A DNA stretch of 64,000 nucleotides, taken from positions 295,218 through 359,217 of the forward strand of contig CABUKU010000001.1 in assembly GCA_902492205.1 (NCBI GenBank), given 5' to 3'. Shown one piece after another: positions 1 through 9,852 of this stretch. The position numbers and the translations under genes were made by a program. The notes below the pieces were generated by a model. That model saw only the letters and a program-made list of their open reading frames with translations. It was not told the DNA's origin and did not search any database. Within the stretch, counting starts at the first letter, position 1. Each line of letters opens with the position of its first letter. Source of the stretch: an uncultured Bacteroides sp. Lineage in GTDB: Bacteria > Bacteroidota > Bacteroidia > Bacteroidales > Bacteroidaceae.

Positions 1-747
1 CTCAAGGTTGAGTTGTGTAATCTTGTTTGCTGTACAATCCAGCTGAGTAAGTGCGGTTAGTTTACTTACATCAATAGAGGTCAGTTCATTGTATCCGCAT
101 ACCAGAAACTCCAATGCGAGATTGTGACTTAAATCAAGGTTCGTAAGCTTGTTTTGGGTAATGGTGAGGTAATCCAACTTGGTGTTGTGGCTTAGGTCAA
201 TACCGGTTAATGATTTATTGGATTCGCAACGCAGGTTTTCAAGGGCAGTACAATCACTGATGTCGAGTGAGGTCAGATTCTCACAAATACTTATTTCCAA
301 TTGTTTGAGATTCGGACAATCGGTTACAGTCAGTGATTTGGCGGGTTGTAGCCCAAACGTTAGATAGGTGAGCTTGGGGCACGAACTTATCTTCATATTT
401 GTGGGCAGTGTGCCTATTGCATCACCGATATATAGTTTTTCCAGTTCATCGGTCTGAACTTTTATTTTGTAAGGACCTGCGCCGTTATATTTATGGTCAC
501 AGTTGAAGTAAGGAGCTACTTCGCCTGTGAGGAGTTCCCTGCTTCCGTCTCCCCAATCAACTACAATATTTTTTCCGGTAACACAAATGTTCCCCATGTA
601 TTGTTCTTCTTGATTCGGGGTGATGGTTGAAATAAGTTCCAAATAATGTCCGTCAGGAATAGGAGCGGGCATTGGTGAGCCTTTTTCATCGTCGGAGCAA
701 GCGGATAACAAGCATATTAATGCTGAGAGAAGGATTAATTTTTTCAT
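1..747 (-). CDS. Leucine-rich-repeat surface lipoprotein (3' end runs off the window)
   Basis: Not in the ORF track; translated by hand: MKKLILLSALICLLSAC-SDDEK (lipobox), VDWGDG PKD-like motif, then repeats such as LTSLDISDCTALENLRC, LTNLDLSHNLALEFLVC, LTSIDVSKLTALTQLDC. Confidence 0.8.
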   Translation of the reverse strand, partial: MKKLILLSALICLLSACSDDEKGSPMPAPIPDGHYLELISTITPNQEEQYMGNICVTGKNIVVDWGDGSRELLTGEVAPYFNCDHKYNGAGPYKIKVQTDELEKLYIGDAIGTLPTNMKISSCPKLTYLTFGLQPAKSLTVTDCPNLKQLEISICENLTSLDISDCTALENLRCESNKSLTGIDLSHNTKLDYLTITQNKLTNLDLSHNLALEFLVCGYNELTSIDVSKLTALTQLDCTANKITQLNLE

Positions 748-786
748 GTGTTGCAGTTTTGTGTTCATGTTTGCCAAAGGTATAAA

Positions 787-827
787 TAAAATCCACCTTT
801 CATGGCTTGCGCCGATGAAAGATGGAT
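787..827 (-). terminator. Intrinsic terminator after ddl
   Basis: ATCCACCTTTCAT...ATGAAAGATGGAT stem followed by a T-run on the minus strand. Confidence 0.6.
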
Positions 828-850
828 GAAGGTGTGTGCGCACCTGTTTG

Positions 851-2038
851 TTATCTTTTAGTTCCCAGCTTACCGCCTGTCTTGAATCCTCCTTGGATGT
901 TGAAGATGTTTTGGTCGTAGCTGCTTACTTTCATCTTGTTTTTGCGGTCGCGCTTCAAGGCAAGGTCAATCAATGTGTCATTCAACTTGTCGAATGGCAC
1001 ACCTGTTGCTTCCCATAAATAGAAGGAGAAAGAACCGGGTATGGTATTGATTTCGTTTACATAAATCTTATTTTCCGCTTCGTCTATGATGAAGTCGATA
1101 CGTGACACTCCGTTGCAAGACAGCACGCGGAATGTTTCCATGGCCCAGTGTTGTATTTCTTTGGTTGTAGCATCGGGCAAATCGGCAGGCAGACGGCGTG
1201 TAGTGCTTTGCATGCCTTTCGATGATTTGCTTCCCCCCATATATTTATCTTTATAGCTGAGAATATCGTCGCTCTTGATAGGTTCTTCGCAAACCGATGC
1301 ACGGCAGTCGTCACAATCTCCCAACACGGAACAGTTAATCTCTTTCATTTTCACAATCATCTTCTCGGCAATGATACGGGAAGTGAATTGGGAAGCAAGT
1401 TCAATGGCTTTTACCAACTCTTCCCGGTTGGCTGCTTTCGAGATACCTACACTCGAACCTAAGTTGGCAGGTTTCACAATAATCGGGTAAGGAACCTTAT
1501 CCTCAATCTTCTTGATAATCTCGTCGGATGAGTTCTTGTATTGCATGTCGGTGAACCAAACACAGTCGATAACAGGAACACCGCTATCTTTCAATATCAT
1601 CTTCATATAGATTTTATCCATGCCGTTGGCAGATGATACTGTGTTGCATCCGGTGAAAGGAATGCCGATTGTTTCGATTAACCCCTGGAATACTCCGTCT
1701 TCACCGTTTGTTCCGTGGAAACCGATGAAAGCAACGTCAAGTGTACTATACACTTTCTTGCCAAACATGCCCACTTCACGTTTATAAACGTTGAAATCTC
1801 CATATTCGGGAGCCATATATACTTCTGTGCATTGCTTCAGCAGTGCATCCATGTTTTTGTAATTATCTACATTCATTAATGCTTCGCCGCTATACCATTT
1901 TCCTTTTTTGGTTACATATATGGGCGTAATGGAATATTTGTCTTTGTTAAAGGCATGCATTGCCTGCAAGGATGTAATAATGGAAATCTCGTGTTCTACG
2001 GATCTTCCTCCAAAAAAAACTCCTACGTTAGTTTTCAT
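851..2038 (-). CDS. ddl: D-alanine--D-alanine ligase family protein (ATP-grasp)
   Basis: GGRSVEHEIS, FHGTNGEDG, KPANLGSSVG, SRIDF, NEINTIPG motifs. Confidence 0.9.
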   Translation of the reverse strand: MKTNVGVFFGGRSVEHEISIITSLQAMHAFNKDKYSITPIYVTKKGKWYSGEALMNVDNYKNMDALLKQCTEVYMAPEYGDFNVYKREVGMFGKKVYSTLDVAFIGFHGTNGEDGVFQGLIETIGIPFTGCNTVSSANGMDKIYMKMILKDSGVPVIDCVWFTDMQYKNSSDEIIKKIEDKVPYPIIVKPANLGSSVGISKAANREELVKAIELASQFTSRIIAEKMIVKMKEINCSVLGDCDDCRASVCEEPIKSDDILSYKDKYMGGSKSSKGMQSTTRRLPADLPDATTKEIQHWAMETFRVLSCNGVSRIDFIIDEAENKIYVNEINTIPGSFSFYLWEATGVPFDKLNDTLIDLALKRDRKNKMKVSSYDQNIFNIQGGFKTGGKLGTKR

Positions 2039-2062
2039 CTCTTTTAGTATCTTAATATTTTG

Positions 2063-3643
2063 TTATTTGAATGAATCGGGTAAATCGTTCTCGTAAAGCA
2101 CCACATCACCGGCTTTTACTATCTCTTGCAACTTGGCTGTTGCATCGGTCAGTGTACTGGCACAATAACAGTTATTCATGTCAAATCCTCCGGCTTTCAT
2201 TCCTTCGGTAATGGCTTCGCGGTTATATTCTCCTACGATGATGGCATAGGTGCTGTGTCTGGCAATCTTTTCGCCGAAAAGACGATTGTTGGAATATTGT
2301 TTATCGCCTTGTTCAATCATTCCGGGAGTAACGATAATCTTTTTGTTGCCGGGGATTTGTGCAAGCACTTCGAGCGCCATTTCAGAACCCTTCGGATTGG
2401 AGTTATATGCATCGTCGATAATGGTTATCCCATCTCGGGTTTGCTTCATGCTTAAACGGTGTTCCACGGGAAGAATATCTCCGATGGCATTTCTTATTCC
2501 CTGTTTGCTCATACCTAACCGACGTGCTACGATGTAGCATGCAAGTAAATTGGAAAGGTTATATTTTCCCGCCAGATTTGTTGCAATCGTTTCTTCCTCA
2601 CCGTCTTTTGATACAATGGTGAATAATGTTTTGCCATTGGCAAAGTTCACTTCCTTGATGTTGTAATCGCGGGGTGTATCGTTGTTCATGGAATAACTTG
2701 CAATGTTTTGTACTTTGCTTACACTGTTGTCGCGGTTGGCAACGTATTCGTAATCGTAGTTAAGTACAGCAAAGCCGTCTGCCGGTAATGCATCTACCAA
2801 TTCAAACTTTGTTTTCTGAATGTTCTGTATGTTCTTGAATGTTTCCAGATGTTGTTCGCCCACAGCGGTGATGATACCGATAGAGGGATTCACTAAATCA
2901 CAAATCTCTTTGATGTCACCCAGTTGCTTGGCTCCCATTTCTGCAATAAAAATATTGTGGTAAGGTTTTAATTGTTCGCGCACTGTGCGGATTACTCCAA
3001 GAGTAGTATTGAAACTGCCTGGAGTCATCAAAACATTGAATTCTTCGGATAAGATGCGGTAAAGGTAATGTTTGGTGCTTGTCTTTCCAAAACTTCCCGT
3101 AATGCCGATAATAGTCAGGTCGGGCATACTTTCCAATATGCGTTTGGCATCGTTGTAATATCCTTTGTTGATGCTCTTTTCAATAGGTGAAGCAAGAATG
3201 TTGGAAACGAGTACAAATATAAACTCAAGTGCACCAAGCCACATTAAAAGGGTGAAGTAACTAGGGATGTTGCAAACGTAGAGTGCAGGAATAATGATAA
3301 CTAAAAGAAGTATCACGTTAATAGCAATCAATCTTCTGACACGTGGAGTGACTTTCAAAGGGAGTTTGTACTTTTCCTGTAAACGCAATACGGTTACGAT
3401 AACTGCCAAGGCAGCAGGTATAAGAATGAGATATACCGATTTTATGAATATCAGCGATAAGAATACGATAACCAGATTAATGATGTATCTTTTCGTTGTG
3501 ATGTTATTTTTGAGCCAACGCACATAACGTTCGTTACGGTAAGAGTTTTGCTGGAATATCATCAGGTCATATCTGATAGTTTCAAATAGAAACGCAACGG
3601 CAACAATAATTGTTATGATGGCAATGATTAATGGTAATAGCAT
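2063..3643 (-). CDS. murF: UDP-N-acetylmuramoyl-tripeptide--D-Ala-D-Ala ligase (MurF) with N-terminal multi-TM extension
   Basis: GITGSFGKTSTK P-loop, AEMGA, HLETF, IIDDAYNSNP; about 150 aa hydrophobic N-terminus. Confidence 0.85.
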   Translation of the reverse strand: MLLPLIIAIITIIVAVAFLFETIRYDLMIFQQNSYRNERYVRWLKNNITTKRYIINLVIVFLSLIFIKSVYLILIPAALAVIVTVLRLQEKYKLPLKVTPRVRRLIAINVILLLVIIIPALYVCNIPSYFTLLMWLGALEFIFVLVSNILASPIEKSINKGYYNDAKRILESMPDLTIIGITGSFGKTSTKHYLYRILSEEFNVLMTPGSFNTTLGVIRTVREQLKPYHNIFIAEMGAKQLGDIKEICDLVNPSIGIITAVGEQHLETFKNIQNIQKTKFELVDALPADGFAVLNYDYEYVANRDNSVSKVQNIASYSMNNDTPRDYNIKEVNFANGKTLFTIVSKDGEEETIATNLAGKYNLSNLLACYIVARRLGMSKQGIRNAIGDILPVEHRLSMKQTRDGITIIDDAYNSNPKGSEMALEVLAQIPGNKKIIVTPGMIEQGDKQYSNNRLFGEKIARHSTYAIIVGEYNREAITEGMKAGGFDMNNCYCASTLTDATAKLQEIVKAGDVVLYENDLPDSFK

Positions 3644-3646
3644 AAT

Positions 3647-4411
3647 TTAGTGAGTTAAGAAGTTTTTTATAACAGCTTCAAAGTCGTATGGTCGTTCAAG
3701 AAAACTGTAATGGCCTACGTTATCGAAAGCTACCAACCCCGAATCGGGTATCAGTTTATTCATTATTTGGGCATCCCTGAGTGGAGTGGCGGTATCTGCT
3801 TTACCCCAAAAAAGTAGAGTAGGGACTTTAATTTTAGGCAGTTCTGCTTTTAAATCCTCATTTACCACCTTTACAAAGATCTGGCGGACTATGCCATTGG
3901 CATTATTATAGTCTGCCGAGCCGGATTTTTTGCGGTACGAGTTAATCAGTTCTTCACTCTTGTCTTTGCTCAGGAAGAGTTTGGCAAGATGCTTCATGCA
4001 TTTGAAAGAATACACTTTCACATAATATTTCAAGCTCCTTTTGGGCTTTATACCGGCAGCATCCACAAGAATTATCTTTTTCAGATTTGTGTTCCGGGAA
4101 GCATATACGATAGAAACGCGTCCACCAAAGGAGTGACCAACAAGAGTGGGGTTCTCGATATGTAATTCACGGATAAATTCTTCCAAGAAGTCGGTATATT
4201 CATATACTCCCCAAACCGAAGGCGGAGGTGTGCTTTCTCCAAATCCCGGGAAGTCAATGGTAATTACCCGAAAATCTTTTTCGAGTGCAGCATGTATCTT
4301 CTGAAAAATATCAAGATTACATCCCCATCCATGCAGAAAAATGATACATTCTCCTTCACCCGAATCCTTGTATCGGATATTCACATCTTTTATTTGGATA
4401 TGCTTTATCAT
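3647..4411 (-). CDS. Alpha/beta-fold hydrolase (esterase-like)
   Basis: FLHGWG, DFPGFG, GHSFGG nucleophile elbow, C-terminal GH. Confidence 0.9.
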   Translation of the reverse strand: MIKHIQIKDVNIRYKDSGEGECIIFLHGWGCNLDIFQKIHAALEKDFRVITIDFPGFGESTPPPSVWGVYEYTDFLEEFIRELHIENPTLVGHSFGGRVSIVYASRNTNLKKIILVDAAGIKPKRSLKYYVKVYSFKCMKHLAKLFLSKDKSEELINSYRKKSGSADYNNANGIVRQIFVKVVNEDLKAELPKIKVPTLLFWGKADTATPLRDAQIMNKLIPDSGLVAFDNVGHYSFLERPYDFEAVIKNFLTH

Positions 4412-4515
4412 CCCGAGCCTTTGTAGATTGAATTTTAATGATGCAAAGATATAGATTTATCCTTAAAAAGAATTTGTTTTGTTTTTATTTTGATGCATCT
4501 TTGCAAAAAAAGGAT

Positions 4516-5148
4516 ATGCTTACGGAAGAACACAATATTTTTGAAGATCAGTTCATTAAATATGGTCTTGTTGATATAAATACTTTTGATCCGACCATCA
4601 TTGTAAATCTTAAATATGCATCAACTGATAATTTTGTAGGCGAGAATGTCTATGGTGATTTAAGTAAAGCTTATTTGGAACCAGAATTGGCTGCTTGTGT
4701 AGGTCGCGTGCAAAAACAATTGAAGAAACTTTATCCCGGTTATTCGTTGGTAATATTTGATGCTGCACGTCCACTGAGTGTTCAAAAGCGTATGTATCAA
4801 TTGGTTCAAGGTACTTCTCAAGCTATCTATGTGGCTGATCCGGATACTTCTCACAAAGGTGGTTTTCATAACTATGGTATGGCTGTCGATTTAAGTATTC
4901 TAGATAGTGAAGGAGAGTTGTTGGATATGGGAACACCATTTGATTTCTTTGGTGAGGAAGCTCATGTAGGGGATGAAATCACTTTGTTGAAAAAATATAA
5001 AATATCTCGTGAAGCTTATAAAAACAGAATGCTACTATATTATTTAATGGCTAATGAAGGACTTGTTCCTTACGAGTTTGAATGGTGGCATTATCAGCTT
5101 TATATTTTTGAAAGTGATAAAAAGAAGTTCCGGTTATTAGATTTTTAG
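4516..5148 (+). CDS. M15 family D-Ala-D-Ala dipeptidase (VanX/DdpX-like), no signal peptide
   Basis: LKYASTDNFVG, DAARP, HNYGMAVD, LDMGTPFD, EWWHY; ORF opens at 4438, likelier ATG at 4516. Confidence 0.85.
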   Translation: MLTEEHNIFEDQFIKYGLVDINTFDPTIIVNLKYASTDNFVGENVYGDLSKAYLEPELAACVGRVQKQLKKLYPGYSLVIFDAARPLSVQKRMYQLVQGTSQAIYVADPDTSHKGGFHNYGMAVDLSILDSEGELLDMGTPFDFFGEEAHVGDEITLLKKYKISREAYKNRMLLYYLMANEGLVPYEFEWWHYQLYIFESDKKKFRLLDF

Positions 5149-5189
5149 CTTCTTATTAAATATGTAATTTTAAATCAATCTCATTTATT

Positions 5190-6335
5190 ATGAAAGAAAA
5201 CAGACAAACGAACAGCATTGTAGAAAGAAGTAGAAAAGTTATGGGGTTGAAGGCTTCTGTCTTTTTTTATCGCTTGTGTTTATTTCCCGCACTTTGTATT
5301 ATTACCATGTTGTTAATTAAATGGCAACGATTGGATGAACAAGGTGCTTATCAGTATATTTATTATTTGGCTAGTACTTTATTGCCTGCCTTTCTTTCTA
5401 TTGTGATTCTTGAATTTGGTTTTCATAAATATATTCAAAAGGAGTCAAAGGAAGAATTGGAACAAACCATTAAAAGTATGTACGACAAGAAAGATCCCAT
5501 GTTGGTATCTTTTAATGAAGATAGACTTAAAGGAGCTGTTCGTAATTCTTTATCTCTTTTAATAGGAGATGTTTTGGCTGATAAATTTGTAAAATCTGTT
5601 ATTGAAGAACTGATAGGAAAGAAGTCTTATCGAACAAACTTTATGTATGATGTAACATTCTGTAACGGGGAAAATGGAAAACAAGAAATAGAGCAAGATT
5701 TAAAATATAAAAAGTGTTTTAAGTTAAAAGATAATGTAGAATTACCTCATACAATTGTTTCTATTTTTACTTTTGATAATGATCCTTTTGAAGCTGATCT
5801 TTCATGTGATGATATGGTTTTCTTTTGTGAAGAAATTCCACATAGTGCTTTGACCGAAGAAATAATAAAAAATAAAGGTAATCATGAGAAGATTTTAAGT
5901 TTATTGAATTTTAAAATGTGGTTAAAGTCTAAAGATAATCAAGTGGAATGTGTAACTGAAATAATTTATTCTTTGGAAGATAAAAAACTTCCGGTTGGAG
6001 TAAAAATAAGTACTGAAATACATCCTGATTATTGGTGTGAAATAGATTCGGAAACATCTTGTGTGTGGGGAAAACTTACTTGTCGTTATCCAAGTAAACA
6101 AAATAATTTTTATTGGAAGTTTGCAGAACCGATTTTAGGAAATATTTCTCCTATTGAGTTTAATCTTTATTTTAATGAAGTGCCTATTGATGGAACAAAA
6201 GTAAAACAAATAAAATACTTTTCGGGATCAAATGATGAAAAAGAAGACAAGAATATAACTACAAAACGAAACAGGATCACCTATAAGTCATCCGGCATTT
6301 ATTTCCCTGAATCCGGTATCTACTTCCATTGGTAA
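5190..6335 (+). CDS. Hypothetical protein, two N-terminal TM helices plus soluble domain
   Basis: 381-aa AT-rich ORF; hydrophobic segments around aa 24-45 and 56-78; no recognised motif. Confidence 0.7.
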   Translation: MKENRQTNSIVERSRKVMGLKASVFFYRLCLFPALCIITMLLIKWQRLDEQGAYQYIYYLASTLLPAFLSIVILEFGFHKYIQKESKEELEQTIKSMYDKKDPMLVSFNEDRLKGAVRNSLSLLIGDVLADKFVKSVIEELIGKKSYRTNFMYDVTFCNGENGKQEIEQDLKYKKCFKLKDNVELPHTIVSIFTFDNDPFEADLSCDDMVFFCEEIPHSALTEEIIKNKGNHEKILSLLNFKMWLKSKDNQVECVTEIIYSLEDKKLPVGVKISTEIHPDYWCEIDSETSCVWGKLTCRYPSKQNNFYWKFAEPILGNISPIEFNLYFNEVPIDGTKVKQIKYFSGSNDEKEDKNITTKRNRITYKSSGIYFPESGIYFHW

Positions 6336-6361
6336 ATAATAAAAAAAGAAAGGGAAGCTAA

Positions 6362-6787
6362 TCACTTCCCTTCTTTTGCTTTAAATGCTAAAGCATACAT
6401 TCTAATCTGTTTAATCATAGAAAGCAATCCGTTACTTCTCGTTGGTGAAAGGTGTTCTTTCAATCCGATCTTTTCAACAAAATAAAGGTCTGCATTCAGT
6501 ATTTCGTCAGGAGTGTGTCCTGACAAGACTTTAATGAGCAAAGCAATAATTCCTTTCGTAATGAGGGCATCGCTTTCTGCTTGAAAGATAATCTTTCCGT
6601 CTGCAATATCAGCCTGAAGCCATACCCGGCTTTGACAGCCTTCAATTAAGTTTTGTTCCGTCTTGTACTTTTCATCAATAGGAGCTTGCTCGTTTCCTAA
6701 ATCTATCAACAATTGATATTTATCCATCCAATCATCGAAGTCGCTGAATTCTTCAATAACTTGGTCTTGTGCTTCGTTTATAGTCAT
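6362..6787 (-). CDS. sufE: Fe-S cluster sulfur acceptor SufE
   Basis: IEGCQSRVW, ESDALITKG, LSPTRSNGL. Confidence 0.95.
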   Translation of the reverse strand: MTINEAQDQVIEEFSDFDDWMDKYQLLIDLGNEQAPIDEKYKTEQNLIEGCQSRVWLQADIADGKIIFQAESDALITKGIIALLIKVLSGHTPDEILNADLYFVEKIGLKEHLSPTRSNGLLSMIKQIRMYALAFKAKEGK

Positions 6788-6795
6788 TGCATTTA

Positions 6796-7794
6796 TTATT
6801 TTTCGTTATAAATTACTTCTAATACAGTTTGTCCTACAGCTTTCAGAGTCGATTTGTCAATTACACTCATATTATCATCTACCGTATGCCAGGTAGAACC
6901 AAAGCTGGATTGCTCATTATTTTCTTCGTAAGGAATAATATCTATACTTTTAATTTTAGCGATTTCATTCACATATAAATGGTCATCGGTTACACCTCCG
7001 CCGTCTTGATTGATAAAGTAAGCGCCATATCCTATTTCATTCGCTTTTTTCCAAACTTTCTTTACGATGTCTTTGGCATAATGCTGAGAATATCCTTCCT
7101 TAAAGAAAGTTGCTTGTTTACCTCCTACCATATCGAGAAGAATGCCAAAGCGGGCGTTATAATTATCTACATGAGGATGTTTTGACCAATATTGAGAACC
7201 CAGACACCAGGTATCTTCGTTATGCTCTCCTTTATAGAACTGTGGAGTTCCATAGTCCTCCGCATCAAAGAAAATAATATCTATGCCAATAGTCGGTTCC
7301 TGCTGCTGAAGTAATCTGGCAACTTCCAACAATACACCTACGCCGCTTGCACCGTCATTGGCTCCGAGAATAGGAGTGTGATGGTTTTTGGAATCTTTGT
7401 CGTTGTCGGCCCATGGACGCGTATCCCAATGAGCAAACAGCAGAACTCTTTTTTTAGATTCAGGCTTATAAGCTCCGATAATATTACGTGCTTTCAGAAT
7501 AGTACCATCGTAGGCTTTTACATCAGCATATTGATTATATACTTTTGCTCCGAATTGTTCCAACTTATTTGCCAGATAGTCGCCACAAGCCACATGCTCT
7601 TTGCTATTTGGGACGCGCGGACCGAAATCTACCTGTGCCTGAACATACTGATAAGCACTGTCTGCATTGAATGCCGGAGCTTTGACTGTCACTTTTTCAT
7701 CTGTTTGGTTGCTTGCTGTTTTGTTTCCGCTTGCTCCGCATGAACAAAAGCAAGCTAATAAAGTAGTAGCAATTGTTATTAAATAAGTTTTCAT
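6796..7794 (-). CDS. M28 family peptidase / glutaminyl-cyclase-like lipoprotein
   Basis: Lipobox, AHWDTRP, GANDGASG, FDAEDYG, LLDMVG, TDDH, WHT. Confidence 0.85.
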   Translation of the reverse strand: MKTYLITIATTLLACFCSCGASGNKTASNQTDEKVTVKAPAFNADSAYQYVQAQVDFGPRVPNSKEHVACGDYLANKLEQFGAKVYNQYADVKAYDGTILKARNIIGAYKPESKKRVLLFAHWDTRPWADNDKDSKNHHTPILGANDGASGVGVLLEVARLLQQQEPTIGIDIIFFDAEDYGTPQFYKGEHNEDTWCLGSQYWSKHPHVDNYNARFGILLDMVGGKQATFFKEGYSQHYAKDIVKKVWKKANEIGYGAYFINQDGGGVTDDHLYVNEIAKIKSIDIIPYEENNEQSSFGSTWHTVDDNMSVIDKSTLKAVGQTVLEVIYNEK

Positions 7795-7847
7795 ATGCTA
7801 TATGCTAATTGTTCCATTGCTCAAAAGTACAAATCTTTTATAAATTA

Positions 7848-8768
7848 CTATTCTTGAGGCAGGAATGTTTTTAATTCTGTAACTTTCTTTGTGACGTTTA
7901 ATTCAACTTTTGCTCCGCAAAGCATGGGGTAGTTTAGTGAAACATGCCCTACGGGAAAATTAAAGCAAACAGGATAATCATATTCTTTCACGTGATCGGC
8001 TATCATTTCATATACGGACTTTCCGAATAAAGGATCTTCTTCATATTCCGTAAATTGTCCGACTATCAAACCGGAAATCTTTTCTAATACACCTCCTATT
8101 TTCAAATTGTTCATCATACGGTCAATGTGATAGGGCCGTTCTCCTATGTCTTCAATGAATAAGATTGTACCTTCGGATGGGAAGTCATATTTAGTTCCCC
8201 TTAATCCAAAGAATACGGAAAGGTTTCCTCCACGCAAAATGCCTTGTGCCGTCCCCTTGCGGTTCAATTTGTGTCCATCACATTTATATTCGGGTATTGT
8301 ACCAAAAAGAATGCTTTTTAAATATTGAGTGCACATATCTTCGGCAGGTTCTACCGTTAAATGGCGTGCCATGAGAGAATGTAAAGAAACATAGCCATTA
8401 TATTGAAATAGTTCATGTAATAAAGTGATGTCACTATATCCTATTAACCATTTGGGATGTTTCTTGAATTTTGTGAAATCTATTTTATCAATCAGATGAA
8501 TGGCGCCATATCCTCCCCGACTACATAAAATGGCCTTTACCTTTTCATTGTTCATGGCTGATTGAAGATCGGACAAACGTTGTCTGGGTGTACCTGCAAA
8601 ACTTCCCGAACTGCCATCCGCATATTTGCCCATGTGCACTTTTAATCCCCAGTCTTTTAAACGCTCAACAGCTCCTTTCAGGAAAGACCTGTCTACTTTG
8701 CCCGAAGGAGAGACTATGGCTACTGTGTCTCCTTCATGAAGGAAAGGCGGGAATATTAACTCACTCAT
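7848..8768 (-). CDS. ldcA: S66 family LD-carboxypeptidase
   Basis: RGGYG, GYSDIT, GGNL, FIEDIGE, PVGH. Confidence 0.85.
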   Translation of the reverse strand: MSELIFPPFLHEGDTVAIVSPSGKVDRSFLKGAVERLKDWGLKVHMGKYADGSSGSFAGTPRQRLSDLQSAMNNEKVKAILCSRGGYGAIHLIDKIDFTKFKKHPKWLIGYSDITLLHELFQYNGYVSLHSLMARHLTVEPAEDMCTQYLKSILFGTIPEYKCDGHKLNRKGTAQGILRGGNLSVFFGLRGTKYDFPSEGTILFIEDIGERPYHIDRMMNNLKIGGVLEKISGLIVGQFTEYEEDPLFGKSVYEMIADHVKEYDYPVCFNFPVGHVSLNYPMLCGAKVELNVTKKVTELKTFLPQE

Positions 8769-8934
8769 ATATTGTTATATTTTTGCAAATGTACATTGAA
8801 AAAATAACTTAGGGTATACTTCTTCGGATAAACTTTGTGAGCTGTATCTATTTGTTATTTGCTTTTTAATTTTTTGGCTTTTCGTATATGGGATTTTCAA
8901 TCCTTTTTTAGATATTTGCTAAAAATCTAACAAT

Positions 8935-9843
8935 ATGAAACCTATTAGAAGCTTCGACGAGCTAACCACTCACTTGAAAACTATCAAAAAACGTAAAAGA
9001 ATAGCTGTAGTCTGTGCTAACGATCCTAATACGGAGTATGCCATTGCCCGGGCTTTGAGTGAAGGCATTGCAGAGTTTCTAATGATAGGCGATTCGTCTA
9101 TATTGCAAAAATATCCTACTTTAAAACAATATCCCGATTTGGTTTCTACCATACATATTGATAACCCGGATGAAGCCGCTCGCGAGGCGGTACGTATTGT
9201 TCGCGAAGGCGGAGCGGATATTTTAATGAAAGGGATTATCAATACCGATAATTTACTTCATGCTATATTGGATAAAGAAAAAGGTTTGCTGCCGAAAGGC
9301 AAGATTCTTACTCATTTGGCGGTGATGCAGATACCTACCTATAATAAATTATTGTTCTTTTCGGATGCTGCTGTTATTCCACGACCTAGCTTACAACAAC
9401 GAATAGAGATGATTTGGTATGCTATCCATACCTGTCACCATTTTGGTATTGAACAGCCTCGCATATCTTTAATTCATTGCACAGAGAAGGTAAGTGCAAA
9501 GTTTCCCCATTCATTGGATTACGTGAATATTGTAGAATTGGCGGAAGCGGGTGAGTTTGGTAATGTTATTATCGACGGTCCGTTGGATGTATGTACATCT
9601 TGTGAACGTGCAAGTGGTAATATTAAAGGTATTGTATCACCTATCGACGGTCAGGCAGATGTTTTAATATTTCCTAATATAGAATCGGGAAATGCTTTTT
9701 ATAAATCAGTGTCCCTATTTGCCCATGCGGAAATGGCCGGACTGTTACAAGGACCTGTTTGTCCGGTTGTCCTTCCTTCCCGAAGCGATTCCGGTTTATC
9801 CAAATATTATAGTATAGCGATGGCATGTTTAACAAGTAATTAA
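8935..9843 (+). CDS. ptb: Phosphate butyryltransferase / acyltransferase
   Basis: LMKG, DGPLD, PNIESGN, LPSRSDS; directly upstream of buk. Confidence 0.85.
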   Translation: MKPIRSFDELTTHLKTIKKRKRIAVVCANDPNTEYAIARALSEGIAEFLMIGDSSILQKYPTLKQYPDLVSTIHIDNPDEAAREAVRIVREGGADILMKGIINTDNLLHAILDKEKGLLPKGKILTHLAVMQIPTYNKLLFFSDAAVIPRPSLQQRIEMIWYAIHTCHHFGIEQPRISLIHCTEKVSAKFPHSLDYVNIVELAEAGEFGNVIIDGPLDVCTSCERASGNIKGIVSPIDGQADVLIFPNIESGNAFYKSVSLFAHAEMAGLLQGPVCPVVLPSRSDSGLSKYYSIAMACLTSN

Positions 9844-9852
9844 ATCCCGTTT

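Noticed and set aside
851..5148. Bona fide vancomycin-resistance (van) cluster
   Set aside because: No VanH dehydrogenase, VanT racemase or VanRS, and ligase specificity cannot be read from the sequence.
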